From contig JAHRHZ010000250.1 of the NCBI GenBank assembly GCA_024137785.1, positions 580,943-644,942 of the forward strand: DNA of 64,000 nucleotides, read 5' to 3'. The position numbers and the translations under genes were made by a program. Below are positions 36,941-50,105 of the stretch, piece by piece; position 1 is the first letter of the stretch, and the number at the start of each line of letters is the position of its first letter. This DNA is from Ginglymostoma cirratum. Its lineage: Eukaryota. The notes under the pieces are model-generated. The model was not told the DNA's origin and made no database searches. It was given only the letters and a program-made list of their open reading frames with translations.

Positions 36941-37682
36941 AAGCTTCAAATTGATCACAGACATTCTTTTTAAATCTCTAAACATAGAAAAAGCACATAA
37001 TCTTTTAAAGGGACAACGCAATGCTTCCACCCCTTGCATTTGACAAACACTAAGTTCAAACTTCATGCCTCCCAAATCTACAAGTATTCCACCCAACTTC
37101 ATAGCATCTTCTTTGAGCATTTCCTTGTGAAATATTTTATCCACCCCAGAAATATCTATATTTTGCCTCGTTGAATTCGAGTTTTGCTCTTGTAGAATTT
37201 ACAAGAGTAATTCAAAGGTTTGTTAAGGTTTCTTTAACGAAATCTTCCAAAACAGTGCCCTATATGAACTAGAAAAATAAGGGCAGCATATAAATTATTA
37301 AACCTTCGTCTGCAATTTCCCCACCAAGCCACATGCAATCTTGATTTGGAATTGGATTGACATTCCTTCACAGATACTTTGTTAACGTCCTGAAACTCCA
37401 TTCTTAAAAGCACTGCTTATCTAGTAAAAGTGAAGGACTGCAAAGTATCAGGAAGACAACTTACCACTAGCTTCTTAAGAGTAAGAAAAGTGAGCAGAAG
37501 TGTTGTCCTTACCTGAGATGCCAACATCTCACGAAAGAGTGCTAGTCAATGCTTTTATCCTCCTTTCTGGAGAATTCCATTTCATGCATTCCTGGCAATG
37601 TCCCACATCTCATTTTCGATATGCGTATGGTCATGGAAGCCTCAAATGTGCATCGAAATTCGTTTACTCATCATCCCCATGC

Positions 37683-37911
37683 TACTGATTTTAGAAAGAA
37701 TATTACAAAATAATGTATTACTTGTGTTTTTAAAGGAGTTTTAAATTGCGCAAGTAACATCCTTTCATTTTTTGCTGTTGGAATCAGTGTTAAAACAGTC
37801 CAACCTTAAAGACAGTTGGTGCAGTTATTGTTTGAGGCGGTACGTATGGCTGTCCACCAATAAGAAGCTGAAACCCTGCCTTGGATCTAAAATGCTCCAC
37901 TGTCCAGCCAA
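37683..37911 (+). promoter_or_regulatory. Orphan duplicate of a Pcdh promoter (CGCT mutated to GGCT), no exon downstream
   Basis: Aligns with 39130-39360, including gacagttggtgcagttattgtttga and gctgtc.accaataagaagctgaaac. Confidence 0.8.
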
Positions 37912-38864
37912 AGGTGGAACTCGATGGAGCAGTACATCGATTTAAAAATACTCCATGCTCTTACAAACGCCTCCATAGCCCTGTGCTGCGAACATTTCCA
38001 GGTCTACACCCTTTTGAGGTATTTGCACTGCTCCAATTCTGGTGATTTATTCATCCTGGATTTTAATTGCTCCGTTAGTGGGTGCTTTGCCACACCTGCC
38101 TAAGACCTCGACTGATCAATATTTCAGAATCATTTCGGGTAAATCTTAAAACCTGTTTCTGTTTTTGCAAGCTGTTGGCAATTTCATATATTACGTCCTG
38201 ACGTGATGATTACTCCAGCATTATTCTTTCCCCGCTTGCTTTTGATAATTATCACTGTGACTAACATGTCATGTTTCGCGATCTTATCCAGAAAGAAATA
38301 AAAATTTCTAAATTTGTAAAATTGCATGTTAAGTTTGGGTAATGTGGTGCTCACCTGTGCTTATTGGATTGAAGAATTCTCTGCAGTCAGTTTCATCAGC
38401 ACGCCAGTGAGGAGTGCAATTAGGAAGAGAATGTACTGGACTCGCTCGGAAGGAATGGCAGCATTTGAAACCAGAGTAACAGAGTTAATGTTTTAAAATG
38501 TGTTCCTCAACTCCCCTTGCCCGCAGTTTTTGACTGTGACATTATGTGCTTCCGTCATTTTCTGTTTTATTTCAGATCTGAAGCTTCAGATCTCTAATTA
38601 TATGGTTGACTCAGTTATATGGCATGGATCTGGGAGTATTCAGGAAGTAAAATTGGTGCTAAAATGATCGACTTAGTGTCTACACTCAGGTGGATGCTCA
38701 TGCAAGGTCCTGAAATAGGCATGACCTTCAGCGTGATCTGCACTTTGTACCAGAGAACAACAAGTGAAACTAAGTTACAGTATTCTAAATGTTACTGGTA
38801 AGTCTGTAATGATTACAGTAGACATTTGAGAGCTGGGCGACCACTGACTAATTGGAAAAAGAAA

Positions 38865-39065
38865 GAAAATGTTGGCGAAACTCAGCAGGCATGGTAGCAT
38901 CTGTGCAGAAAAAAAAGTCAACGTTGCTCTGAAAAAAATGTGTCACCGCACTCGAAGAATTTATTATTTCCTCTCCACGGATGCTACCAGATCTGCTAAC
39001 CTTCTCTAGGAATTTCTGTTATCTTTTTGTTTCAAATCTCCAGCATCCTCAGTTCTTTGTTTTGT
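38865..39065. mobile_element. Decayed inverted pair of Penelope-type terminal repeats
   Basis: ctcagcagg..tggtagcatctgtg on the left and ggatgctaccagatctgct on the right, same family as 3175-3310. The hammerhead core is decayed. Confidence 0.5.
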
Positions 39066-39291
39066 GTTGGTGATTAATTGAAAATGTTATTGCCAGGGGA
39101 ATGAGTATTTCTGCAGCAAAAGTAGGTTGTACCGATTTTAGGAAGGAAATCTACAAAATGTACTATTACTTATGCTTGTTAAAGTTCTTTAAGTTGCACT
39201 CGCACCATCCTTTCATTTCACGCTATTGGAATCAGTGCTAAAACAGTCCAACGTTAAAGACAGTTGGTGCAGTTATTGTTTGAAGCTGTAC

Positions 39292-39312
39292 GTGTCGCTG
39301 TCTACCAATAAG
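39292..39312 (+). promoter_or_regulatory. Intact CSE-like motif before a relic exon
   Basis: gtgtcgctgtctaccaataag, identical to the motifs at 24266 and 43323. Confidence 0.8.
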
Positions 39313-39555
39313 AAGCTGAAACGCGGCCTTGGATCGACAGTGCCCCCCCTCTCCAGCCAACGAATCACAGCGCAGGAGCGGAAAGACCAACGGAGCCTGC
39401 CTGCATGCCGTGCAGCCATTGTCAGCAGAGGTCCTCAGGTCTGCTTTTCTCTGTCTTCCTCTCTTCCGTATTAGTGCATTGATATATACCTGTAAGAGAC
39501 AAGATAAGGTAACCGATTTACCGATCCGTTTTACGGCAACATCCGACTGAGAGCA

Positions 39556-39805
39556 ATAGCAATAATGAGGAGGTGATTTTTATTTACCGGCTTTATGCGT
39601 CGGACCTGTTTACGGGACAAACATTCTGTTCGTTTCCCGAGGAGCAGGAACACAAGGCCTTTGTTAGAATATCGATGAGTATTTGATCGTTAAGTACATG
39701 GGAATTATTCACGCGGAAAACTCGGCTAGTCATTGACGTAAGAATATAATACATTGGGTTTAATTTGGAAATTCGACTTGTATCTGTTAATAAACCGCTG
39801 AGAGT
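39556..39805 (+). pseudogene. Relic 5' fragment of a Pcdh exon (SP + part of EC1)
   Basis: gagcaATAgc replaces gagcaATGgc. ttcccgaggagcaggaacacaaggcctttgttag aligns with ttcccgaggagttggagtatggggccttcgtagg (24593). The fragment ends at a SINE-like head (about 39815). Confidence 0.75.
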
Positions 39806-42800
39806 CAAGGTAAGGAGACACTTGTGTCGTGGTCATGTCATTGGCCTAGCAGATGCAAAATCAATGTCGTGTCGACGTGGGTTCGAATCACACGGCGAGT
39901 GGTGAGATTTGAATTCAAACTTAAATACAATGTGGAGTCGAGAGCTGACTGTTTGATGTGCAAATCTATTCTCTTCAGGAGAGGCAAACTCTTGGTCACA
40001 GCTGCTACATGTGACTTCATACCTACAGCAATGTGATTAGCGAAATATCGGGATGGGCCACAAATGCTGACCAAGCCAATGGCGTCCTCATGCAGCAAAG
40101 CAGGGGGAAAGAAAACTGAATGACAGTGTAATGGTTTCCTAGAGTTGTTGCAGCAGGAAGGAAGCTCATTGTGTCTGTGTCGAGCATCAGAAATACAAAT
40201 TCGCCAGCATTTAGCCCGCAGCCATGCATGTAATGATGTTTTATGGGTTCGTTCAAATAGTTGCGTCTTGAGGTTTCCTGCCTTTACCACACTTTGAGGC
40301 AATGAATTTCCCGGAAATCCACAACTCTCTGGGTGAAGGAGAAAAAAAAGGCCTCAAATCCATTCTAAATCTCCTGCTTCTAACTTTAATTTTGGGCGCT
40401 GCCTGACTTTTGACCCGTCCATTCAGGGGAAAAGTTTCTCTATAACTCCCCTGTAGTTGGCCCCTAGAACTCTGTGCACCTTCATCTCAATGTCCCTCAT
40501 CCTTCTCTGCTTTAAGGAAAACAATCTCACCTGATCATTTCTTTTCGTAGTTGAATCTCTTTAGCAGAGGCAATACTCCGGTGAGTCTCTTCTTCAGTCT
40601 CTCTTGTGCAATCACATCTTTCCTACGTTGTGGCGACCAGAACTGCATATAACTCTCCTGTTGTGACCTCCCTCATGTTACATGCACCTCAGGTATACTG
40701 CCCTGTTCTTTAAATCATGCAGAGCAACCAGAGTACCACAGTTAGGTAGACTTGTATCCCTTCTCTTTCTTTGTTAATATTCATGGGTAATTATTTGAAA
40801 ATACACCTTGCTGCATTGGGAATACTACATGTAAACAATTTCTAAACAGGGAATTCCAGCTGCAGATCAGTCATCTAGTTTCGCTGATGCACATTTCCTT
40901 GTTGACAGGGTTTATGATCATGTGCCAGTCCCAACATAATCAACGGTTCATAGATCATTCCTGGAGATGGGTTAGAGTTCCATTGTGACTGTTGACGATA
41001 TTCAAATTGGATAAAAATCTGGTCTCGATAAATAGGTGAATGGGGATGTAATGTGTGGATGTCATGTGGGGATGTAATGGGGACGTTTGTGATATTATTT
41101 CTTAAATGGCAAGAAGTTGCAAAGTGTAGATGTATAAAGAGATCTGGTTATCCTCATCAAAGTAAAGTCTAAAGTGCAGGTGCAAGAAGCTTCTAGAAAG
41201 GCTAATGGAATACTAATCTTTAGTTCAATAGGTTCTGATATAATTGACATGGAGGGAGTACAAGAAAGGTTCACCAGACTGTTCCTGAGTTGGTGTACCA
41301 GTCCTGTGAAAAACATTGGGCAGATTGGGCCTGTATGGTCTACAGTTTCAAGGTAGTGATCTCATTGAAACGTACAGTTTTATGAAAGGGATATACAGAA
41401 TAGATTAAAACTTTTGATTTAGTCTTTATGGTCATATCTACTCAAGTACAAAAGTGCAGGGGTACAGTGAAAAGTTTCCAATGTCGCCACAAACAATGGC
41501 GCCATCTTACGTACAAGTACATGGGTGAAATAACTTAATAACAAGGTAGAAAGAAATAAGGATAAAAGTTAGAAGTTAATCATTACAGTCAATACATCAT
41601 AGATGCATTAGAGATGATTACCCTGGATAGGGAGCCTGGTACCATCAGGGACAATTAAAAAAAAGGAAAACCCACGTGGAACAAATCTGAGAAGTCTTTA
41701 TCAAATCATTGTGCAACTTCATAATTCTCTGCACAGAGGGCGGTGGATGCTCAATCATTAAGCACGCTTTAGCTTTGTGTAAAATATATTTTAATAGTTT
41801 TCTAGTTACTGGTGGGGTGAAGGTGTATGGGGATCGATGAATGAAAGACATTAAAGTTTCAGATCAGTAATGATCCTGTCAAATAACATGACAGGTTTGG
41901 CTCCCTGAATGGCCTACTTCTGTTCCTATGTTTCCAAGTTTTGATAACTGAAAATGCACCATTCTGATTATTACGCATTCTATAAACTGTGTTTTGCTTT
42001 GAGGAACGTCCTATTGTCATCTGCTACCAGTGGCCGCATTATTGCCGTTCATATTGTCCACCATCAAGGCCGAATATTGTGATTTTTCTTCCATATATCG
42101 ATCTACTTCTGTTCCTCCGAATTCTTGGAGAAAATCTAACATTTACTCCATTCATGGTTCATTACTCATTTTAACATGATTTGGTTTTCGTTTCTACAGC
42201 ATTTTTTCCCTACGAGCGTTTTTATGATGACGGCACGAACGTCTCACGTCCTAACTCTTTGCACATGTTTTTCTTCAACTCACCCGTTCATCCTTAACTT
42301 TACGAATGAAAATAGCGCCGAGGCCGCACTTGAACATCTATGCCATTTCTTTGATTCTCTTCATGAGGATGATTCATAACCCACGTTTACTTCTGCGATG
42401 TGAAAATATGATTTTCCTTAATCAAGTGAATTCGTCATAAAAGCAGATTGAAGTGCACAACATTCGAGTTCAGCGACGGTTCAGTCTTGGGGATATTCAG
42501 TTTAGTGTCGGTCTAGGTATTGGGGACATAACCATTGTGTTCAATGATTGTTTGGCCCATTGTGAGATGCTTGAAAACGTAGCTCGCTGACAAGGTTGCA
42601 AACATCGACGATTTTGGTAGGTGTGATGATGTTCAACGCGCAGTAATCATCGAAACTGTCTATCTCATTCCTTACATTTGACCACAGGAATTCATTAGTG
42701 TCTCTGGTTTTAACAGAATACCAGCAGAAATATCGAACGTTAGGAGCAGCACACATATGTATTGGGTATACACATATTTGGAGATGATCGGGATGCGGCA

Positions 42801-43322
42801 GTTTGCTCCTTGGCGAGGGGTGTTAGGTTCATCGGAAATGTGTTCCAATAACATTCAAAAAGAAGTTGTGTGCGTTAAAAAATAAACTGACTTTTGAGTC
42901 CCACCGCGAGTAAAAAAAAATCTGTTACTAATATAGACATAAATGTCATCACCACTGAAAGACTAAAATGACAGAATCAGCATTTTGGAAATGTTGTTGG
43001 CTTTTTCAAGTGCTACAGTATCTAAATTCTTTTAGAATCACCAAATCATGTTAAAGGCCTAACAATTTTGTCAAGTTGATAACCTACCACTGATAAAAAT
43101 ATATGGTGGAATGACATAATAGCGACTAAACATGGCCAAGCAGTAACGCCGAGATTGATAAAACAATGAAACGGCTCATGATTCCAATACACCACATTGA
43201 AAATAAAACCGAAATATAAAATTCTATCTGTCCGGATATTTTTAATTGTACACCTGTATTTTGACAAGCTCTCCAAACAGTTTAGCTTTAAGAATGGTTG
43301 CAGTTTTTGGGTGAAACTCGTC

Positions 43323-43343
43323 GTGTCGCTGTCTACCAATAAG
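43323..43343 (+). promoter_or_regulatory. Pcdh CSE-like promoter motif
   Basis: gtgtcgctgtctaccaataag about 220 bp upstream of the ATG. Confidence 0.8.
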
Positions 43344-43541
43344 AATTCGAGACGTTTTGAGAGATCGACCGCCTCCTCCGTTTGACAAACACAACCAAAA
43401 GGGGCAGTCGGTGTCTGCATTTATGTTGTGCAGTCACGATCAGAAAAGCTCCCGGGCGATATCCTTAATGTTGCGAGCTTCATGAACAGGATGTTATTAT
43501 GCAGCTAGCTGTTTTTGTTTTGTCAGACTTGACACATCAAT

Positions 43542-45938
43542 ATGACAATGGCGATTATGGTGATGAGCCGGATGCCCATCATTTTTTTGCTCTCTATCTC
43601 GAACCTGGTTTCCGAACAACTTCGCTACTCGATTCCCGAGGAAATGGAACGTGGAGCCTTTGTTGGCAACGTCGCTGAAGATCTAGGATTAAAGGTTTGG
43701 GAATTACCGACTCGCAAAATTCTGCTGCTTTCTGATTACTCGAAGCTATACATGAAGGTAAATGTGGAAAATGGCTTCTTGCTTGTGAATGAAAGAATCG
43801 ACAGAGAACAGCTTTGCCCCAAATCCGCTGCATGTTCTCTATCTTTCCAAATCACGTTCGATGATTCAATGGAAATGTATGCCGTTGAAGTAGAGATACG
43901 AGACGTAAATGATAATTCACCTGTCTTTTCGAAGAAGGAATTTTATTTGCAAATCAATGAGTTAAATGCGCCGGGAGCAAGCTTCCTTCTCGAGAGCGCG
44001 CGTGATCTGGATGTGGGCACCAACACAATCAACACATATCAGATCAGTCCGAATGAGCATTTCGGTATTAAAGTGCAGACAAGAACAGTGGGGAGTAAAA
44101 GTGCCGAGCTGGTATTAAAGAAGAATTTAGACCGTGAGCAACATTCAATATTTACTCTTGTATTGACGGCCATCGACGGTGGGATTCCGCACAGATCTGG
44201 CACAGCGCGGATCATCATTAATGTCATGGATGCAAATGATAACGCACCCGTATTCGATCATGAAACCTACAGGGCGACTGCGCTAGAAAACATCGCGAAT
44301 GGTTCCTTGGTGCTAAGAGTTCATGCTACTGACATAGACGAAGGGACAAACGCTGAGGTAACATATTCCTTCACCCATCACGTTACCCAAAATATTCGAG
44401 AGTTGTTCACATTGGACCCTGTGACTGGAGACATCGGAGTTCGAGGAGTACTGGATTTTGAAGAAACAAATGTTTATGAATTTGACGTCCAAGCGGTGAA
44501 TTCCGCTCCATCTGAATTGTCAGCCCATGCAAATGTTGTCATCGATGTAGTTGACACGAACGATAATAGCCCTGAGTTGCAAATAACAATGCTATCTAGT
44601 ACCGTACGGGAAGATGCTTCTTCGGGAATTGGTATAGCTCTCATCAGAGTAACGGATCGCGATTCTGGTGAATATGGTGAAGTTCAGTGTCAGATTCCAG
44701 AGAGCATTCCGTTCAAGATCCAAAAATATCTGAAGGGCAACTACAAGTTGGTAACTAATGGCATTCTGGATCATGAAATATCTCCACAATACAACATCTC
44801 CGTTTCCGCCTGGGATGGTGGATTTCCTCCTCTTTCAGTAAGCAAAATCATTGTGGTTTCAGTAATTGATGTCAATGATAATGCACCAAAATTTACACAA
44901 TCGTCATATAACGTGTATCTGACGGAGAACAATACACCCGGTGTTTCTATATTTGCTGTGAGTGCAATGGACGCTGATTTGAATCAGAATGCGGAAGTCT
45001 CTTATTCTATTATTGATAATCAACAGCAAGAAATGCCTTCTTCCGCGTACATCACGATTAACTCCAAAAATGGTAACATTTACGCGCTGCACTCCTTCGA
45101 CTATGAGCAACAGAAACATTTCCAGGTGAAAGTTCAAGCTCAGGATGCTGGATCGCCTCCACTGAGCAGCACTGCTTTTGTAAACGTCATTATCTTAGAT
45201 CAAAATGACAATGCCCCCATGATTATTTCACCTTTAACATTGAACACATCAGCAACAGTAGAGATTCTGCCGAAGTCAACATATCCAGGGTACCTTGTCT
45301 CCAAAATACTTGCCTCTGACGAGGATTCTGGCCAGAACGCAAAGCTTTCATACCAGCTCTTGGATGCCACTGACCCTGGCCTTTTTACTGTCGGATATCT
45401 CACTGGAGAAATCAGGACAACGCGAACAGTTAGCGATCAAGATACCAAAACGGAAAGATTAATCATCTGTGTGAAGGATAATGGAGAGCCAAGTCTTTCC
45501 ACGACAGTTACAATCTCCTTTCCCACAATTATCAATGTTACTGAGAAATCGTTTGAACAAACGGATAAACCAAGTCGCTGGGACTATTTTTCAGATATAA
45601 ATAGTTATTTAATCATTACTTTAGGATGCATTTCCTTTTTATTTCTCATACTCATCATTTGTTTACTCACCCTGAGATATAGGCAAGAAAGCAATATTGC
45701 TGCAAACTATATCTCCACAGTTTGTTGTTTTAGTTGTAGGAATTCGGATGGTGGCTTGAATCGAAGACCAACAGGACGTGATCCTTCGAGTTATAGCGGG
45801 GCCGTTCAGACTGAAAGTTATCATTATAGTGTGTGTTTGTCACCAGAATCATCGAAGAGTGACTTTCTCTTTTTGAAACCCTGTCATCCTACGTTGCCTT
45901 TCAATGAAATGGGTGATCATGACAACGCAAGGAACTAA
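43542..45938 (+). CDS. Clustered protocadherin, type A (798 aa; start may be ATG 43548)
   Basis: LRYSIPEE, RIDREQLC, six cadherin repeats, TM YLIITLGCISFLFLILIICLLTL and SKSDFLFLKP tail. Confidence 0.95.
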   Translation: MTMAIMVMSRMPIIFLLSISNLVSEQLRYSIPEEMERGAFVGNVAEDLGLKVWELPTRKILLLSDYSKLYMKVNVENGFLLVNERIDREQLCPKSAACSLSFQITFDDSMEMYAVEVEIRDVNDNSPVFSKKEFYLQINELNAPGASFLLESARDLDVGTNTINTYQISPNEHFGIKVQTRTVGSKSAELVLKKNLDREQHSIFTLVLTAIDGGIPHRSGTARIIINVMDANDNAPVFDHETYRATALENIANGSLVLRVHATDIDEGTNAEVTYSFTHHVTQNIRELFTLDPVTGDIGVRGVLDFEETNVYEFDVQAVNSAPSELSAHANVVIDVVDTNDNSPELQITMLSSTVREDASSGIGIALIRVTDRDSGEYGEVQCQIPESIPFKIQKYLKGNYKLVTNGILDHEISPQYNISVSAWDGGFPPLSVSKIIVVSVIDVNDNAPKFTQSSYNVYLTENNTPGVSIFAVSAMDADLNQNAEVSYSIIDNQQQEMPSSAYITINSKNGNIYALHSFDYEQQKHFQVKVQAQDAGSPPLSSTAFVNVIILDQNDNAPMIISPLTLNTSATVEILPKSTYPGYLVSKILASDEDSGQNAKLSYQLLDATDPGLFTVGYLTGEIRTTRTVSDQDTKTERLIICVKDNGEPSLSTTVTISFPTIINVTEKSFEQTDKPSRWDYFSDINSYLIITLGCISFLFLILIICLLTLRYRQESNIAANYISTVCCFSCRNSDGGLNRRPTGRDPSSYSGAVQTESYHYSVCLSPESSKSDFLFLKPCHPTLPFNEMGDHDNARN

Positions 45939-46946
45939 TATTGGCAGATAAATTGATTCTCTGCATGGCAGGTAACGCTTGTTCGCGAAAAAAAAACCAA
46001 TTTACTGTGCCTTCATTTCTAGGTTAAACTTGTTGCTCAAACAATGATTAACTGGTAGTGGAAAGGTTAATGCGCCCAAATTACCTGTACTCTTTGCCCT
46101 GTCCAGACGTGTTCAATTGCAGTTCGTTTCCTTACGAAAACAACTGTTTAGAACCATATTCTCAACTTGAACGTTAACGTACGATTTGGAATTTAATATT
46201 TCAGTATTTATGTTTTTGGATCAAAGAAAATCTGTACATTCACTCGCATTCAGTTAAATATGCTAATGCAATCAAGTAGTTATGAGGTACTCTGAATTCC
46301 CACCCTGGACTCTTTTAGAACAGTTTAAACCCATTTATTTTGAGCAATCTTTATTTCTCCGGAAAAAAAATGAAATTTCACATTAGACGATTGATATCCA
46401 GGTTTTGTGTGGAAGCCTGCGTTCCAGTCTATGAAACATTAATGATTATTGGTTGAGAATATTATTTTCTCAATTCATGCAGTTTGCGTTAAATTGTTAG
46501 CTATTGTGCATTTTGCTATCTTCTCGCCCGTTCGTTCTTCGAACGTCTGCATGATGTGCCCAGCCGCAAATGGTTGAGACATCAGACATGTCGTCCAATG
46601 GCTAGAATAACATTAACCTTTAGCTGGCAGCATGGAACATTACTCCATTATATCATTAACATGCGAGGAAGGAAAAGTCCAACTAGACAAATTAACACCG
46701 ACCCAGTCTTTGCTGCATCGTCACGGGTCGTCAGCAATGCTTTTATGACCTACTTGCAGACGTAGAATCCAATAATTAATCGTTTCGATGATTTGAGGCC
46801 TAGGCAATCACGACGGAGATTCCTCAAATAATGTCATCGGCTAGGACATCTTCATTCGCTTGATTCATCTACCTCTCTCCTTCATAAGTTCTGAAATGGG
46901 CACGTTTGCTAGTGTTTGTACAAATTTCAGCACAATTCAGAAATAT

Positions 46947-49900
46947 ATAGAACATAGAACATTACAGCACAGTAAAGGTCGTTCTGCCCACGATGTTGTG
47001 CCGATCTATTATCCTACTCAGATGAAACTACCCGGCATAACCTACATTATATTATCATCCATGTGCCTATCCAAGAGTCGCTTAAAAGTCTCTAAACTTT
47101 CTGAACCCACAATCAACGCCGACAGCGTATTCCACACCCCCACCACTCTCTCTGTAAATAACCGACTTCTGATATCTCCCCGATTCGTTCCTCCAATCAC
47201 CTTAAAATTATGCCCCCTCCTAATAGTCATTTCCACACTGGGAAAAAGTCTCTGACTATCCACTCTATCTATGCCTCTCATCATGTTGCACCTCTATCAA
47301 GTCACCACTCATTCTTCTTCGCTCCAATGAAAAAAGCCCAAACTCCCTCAACCTTTCCTCATAATACCTGCCCTCCAGTTCAGGCAGCATCCTGATAAAT
47401 GTCTTCTGCACTCCGTCTAAACTTCCAAATCCTTCCTATAATGAGGTGCCCAGAACTGAACACAATATTCCAAGTGTGGTCTAACCAGGGTTTTACAGAG
47501 CTTTAGCGTAACCTCGCGGCTCTTAAACTCAATTCCCTTGGCAACACACCATACGCCTTCTTTATAACCCTATCAACTTGGGTGGCAACTTTGAGGGATC
47601 TATAGACGTGGACTCCAAGATCCCTCTATTCCTCCACACCGCCAAGAATCTTGTCATTAACCTTGTATTCTGCATTCAAATTCGACCTTCCAAAATGAAT
47701 CACTTCACACTTTTCTGGGTTTAATTCCATCTACCACTTCTTAGTCCAGCTCTACGTCTTGTCAATGTCCCGTTGTAACCTACAACAGCCCTCCATGCTA
47801 TCCTCAACTCCACCAACCTTCGTGTCATCGGCAAACATACTAACCCACCCTTCCACTTCCTCATTCAAGTCATATATAAAGACCACAAAGAGCAGAGGTC
47901 CCAGAACAGATCCCAATGGAACACCACTGGTCACCGAGCTCCAGGCTGAACACTTTCCATCTACAGCCACCCTCTGCCTTCTATAGGGCAACCAGTTTGG
48001 TATCCATACAGGCAAATTTCCCTGACTGCCATGCCTCCTTACTTTCTGAATGAGTCTACAATGGAGAACTTTATCAAATGCCTTGCTAAAATCCATATAC
48101 ACCACGTCCACTGCTCTGCCTTGATCAAAGTGTTTTGTCACATTCTCAAATAATTCAATAAGGCTTGTGAGGCATGACCTGCCCCTCACAAAACCACGCT
48201 GACTATTTCTTATCAAACTGTGATTTTCCAAATAATCATAAAGGCTATCTCTCAGAATACTCTCCAATGATTTGCCCACCACAGAGGTAAAACTGACTGG
48301 TCTGTAATTCCAGGGGTTATCCCTATTCCCTTTCTTGAACAAGGGAATGACATTTTCCACCCTCCAATCATCTGGTACTACTCCATTGGAGAATAAGAAC
48401 TCAAAGATCATGGCCAAAGGTGCCCTAATCTCTTCCCTCGCTTCCCATACCAACCTTGGCTGTATCCCGTCTGGCCCAGGGGACTTATCTATCCTCATGT
48501 TTTTCAAAATTTCTAGAACATCCTCTTCCCTAACATCAACCTGTTCGAGCATAACTTATTGTTTCACGCTATCCTCACAAACGCCAAATTCCTTCTCACT
48601 GGTGAATACTGAAGCAAAATATTAGTTAAGGACCTCCTATACCTCTTCTGACTCCGTGCACAAGCTCCCTCCATTATCCCTGATTAGCCCTACCCTCACT
48701 CTGGCCATCCTCTTGTCCTTTACATAAGTACAGGACACCTTGGGGTTTTCCTTGATCTCACACGCCCAGGCTTTTTCCTACCCCCTTCCAGCTCTCCTGA
48801 GTCCATTCCTCAGTTCCTTCCTGGGTACCTTGTAGACCTTTAGAGCCCTGTCCGATCCTTGCTTCCTCAACCTTACATAAGCTTCCTTCTTCCTCATGAC
48901 TAGATGTTCCACATGTCTTGTCATCCAAGGTTCCTTCACCTTACCATCCCTTCCTTGCCTCAATTGGTCAAACCTGTCCAGAACTCATAGCAACTGCTCC
49001 ATAAACAACCTCCACATTTCTGTCCGGCATTTCCCTGAGAAGATCTGATCCCAATTTATGCTCCACAGTTTTTGCCTAATCGCATTGTAATTTCCCCTCC
49101 CCTAATTAAATACTTTTCCATACCGACTGCTCCTATCACTCTCCTTGACTATAGTAATGGTGAGAGAGTTGTGATCACCATCACCGAAATGCTCTACCAC
49201 CGAGAGATCTGACACCTGGCCTGGTTGGTTGCCAAGCACCAAATCCAATATGGCCTCCACTCGAGTCAGCCTATCTCCATGTTGAGTCAAAAATCCTTCC
49301 TGGGCACCCGTCGCAAAATCGGCTCCATTCAAACTATTTGCACTTCGGAGTTTCGAGTCGACATTAGGGAAGTTGAAGTCACCCACGCCAACAACCCTAT
49401 TACTTTTGCTCCTTTCCACAATCAGTCTCCCAAACTGTCCCTCAGTGTCTCTGATGCTCTTGGGGGGTCTATAGAAAACTCCCAATACATTGACTGCTCC
49501 TTTCCTGCTTGTGCCTTTTCCCCTTCCTGACTCAGTAGATCAAGCCTCCTTCACGACCTCCCTTTCTGCAGCTGTGAGACCATCTCCTGATTAGCAATTC
49601 CACTCCCCCACCTCTTTTACCTCCCGCCCTATTTCGTTTGATACATCTATACCCCGGAACATCCAGTAACCGTTCCTGTCCCTGTGTAAGCCAAATCTCC
49701 GTAATGGCCACAACATCGTCGGTCCAAGTACTGATCCACGCTCTTAAGTTCGTCACCCTTATTCCTGACACCTCTTGCATTAAAATAGACACGCTTCAAC
49801 CCGTCGCACTGACTACAACATTGCCCTGCCAACTGCTTATCCTTCCTCCCAGATTCTCTGCAGGCTATATCTGCCTCTACACCGGCCCTGCCATCCTCTG

Positions 49901-50105
49901 ATCTGTAGCTCCGGTTCCCATTGCCCTGCCAAACTCGTTTTAACTTTACCGAAGAGCTCTAGCAAACCTTCCGCCCAGGTGCCCCTCCAGTTCAAGTGCA
50001 ACCCGTTCTTCCTGTCCAGGTCACACCTTCCCCAGAAGGTTCGCCAATGATCCACAAGCCCTCCCTTCGACACGAGCTCTGTAGTCACGTGTTCAACTTG
50101 CATTG
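46947..50105 (-). mobile_element. Relatively young CR1 LINE (end of ORF1, APE, RT, microsatellite tail)
   Basis: GLHLNWRGT (ORF1 esterase-like end); YFNAR, GDFNFP and DH (APE); KSPGPDG, YMDFSKAFDKV, GVPLGSVLGP and FADD (RT); (atagaac)2 tail at 46947. Frameshifted. Confidence 0.92.

Noticed and set aside
39960-40200. Possible LF-SINE/Deu-SINE-like conserved element
   Set aside because: Similarity by eye is too weak to support.
44165-44205. Exonic CTCF site analogous to mammalian Pcdh-alpha eCBS
   Set aside because: Only a weak by-eye match. Conservation is explained by the DGGxPxRSG coding motif.
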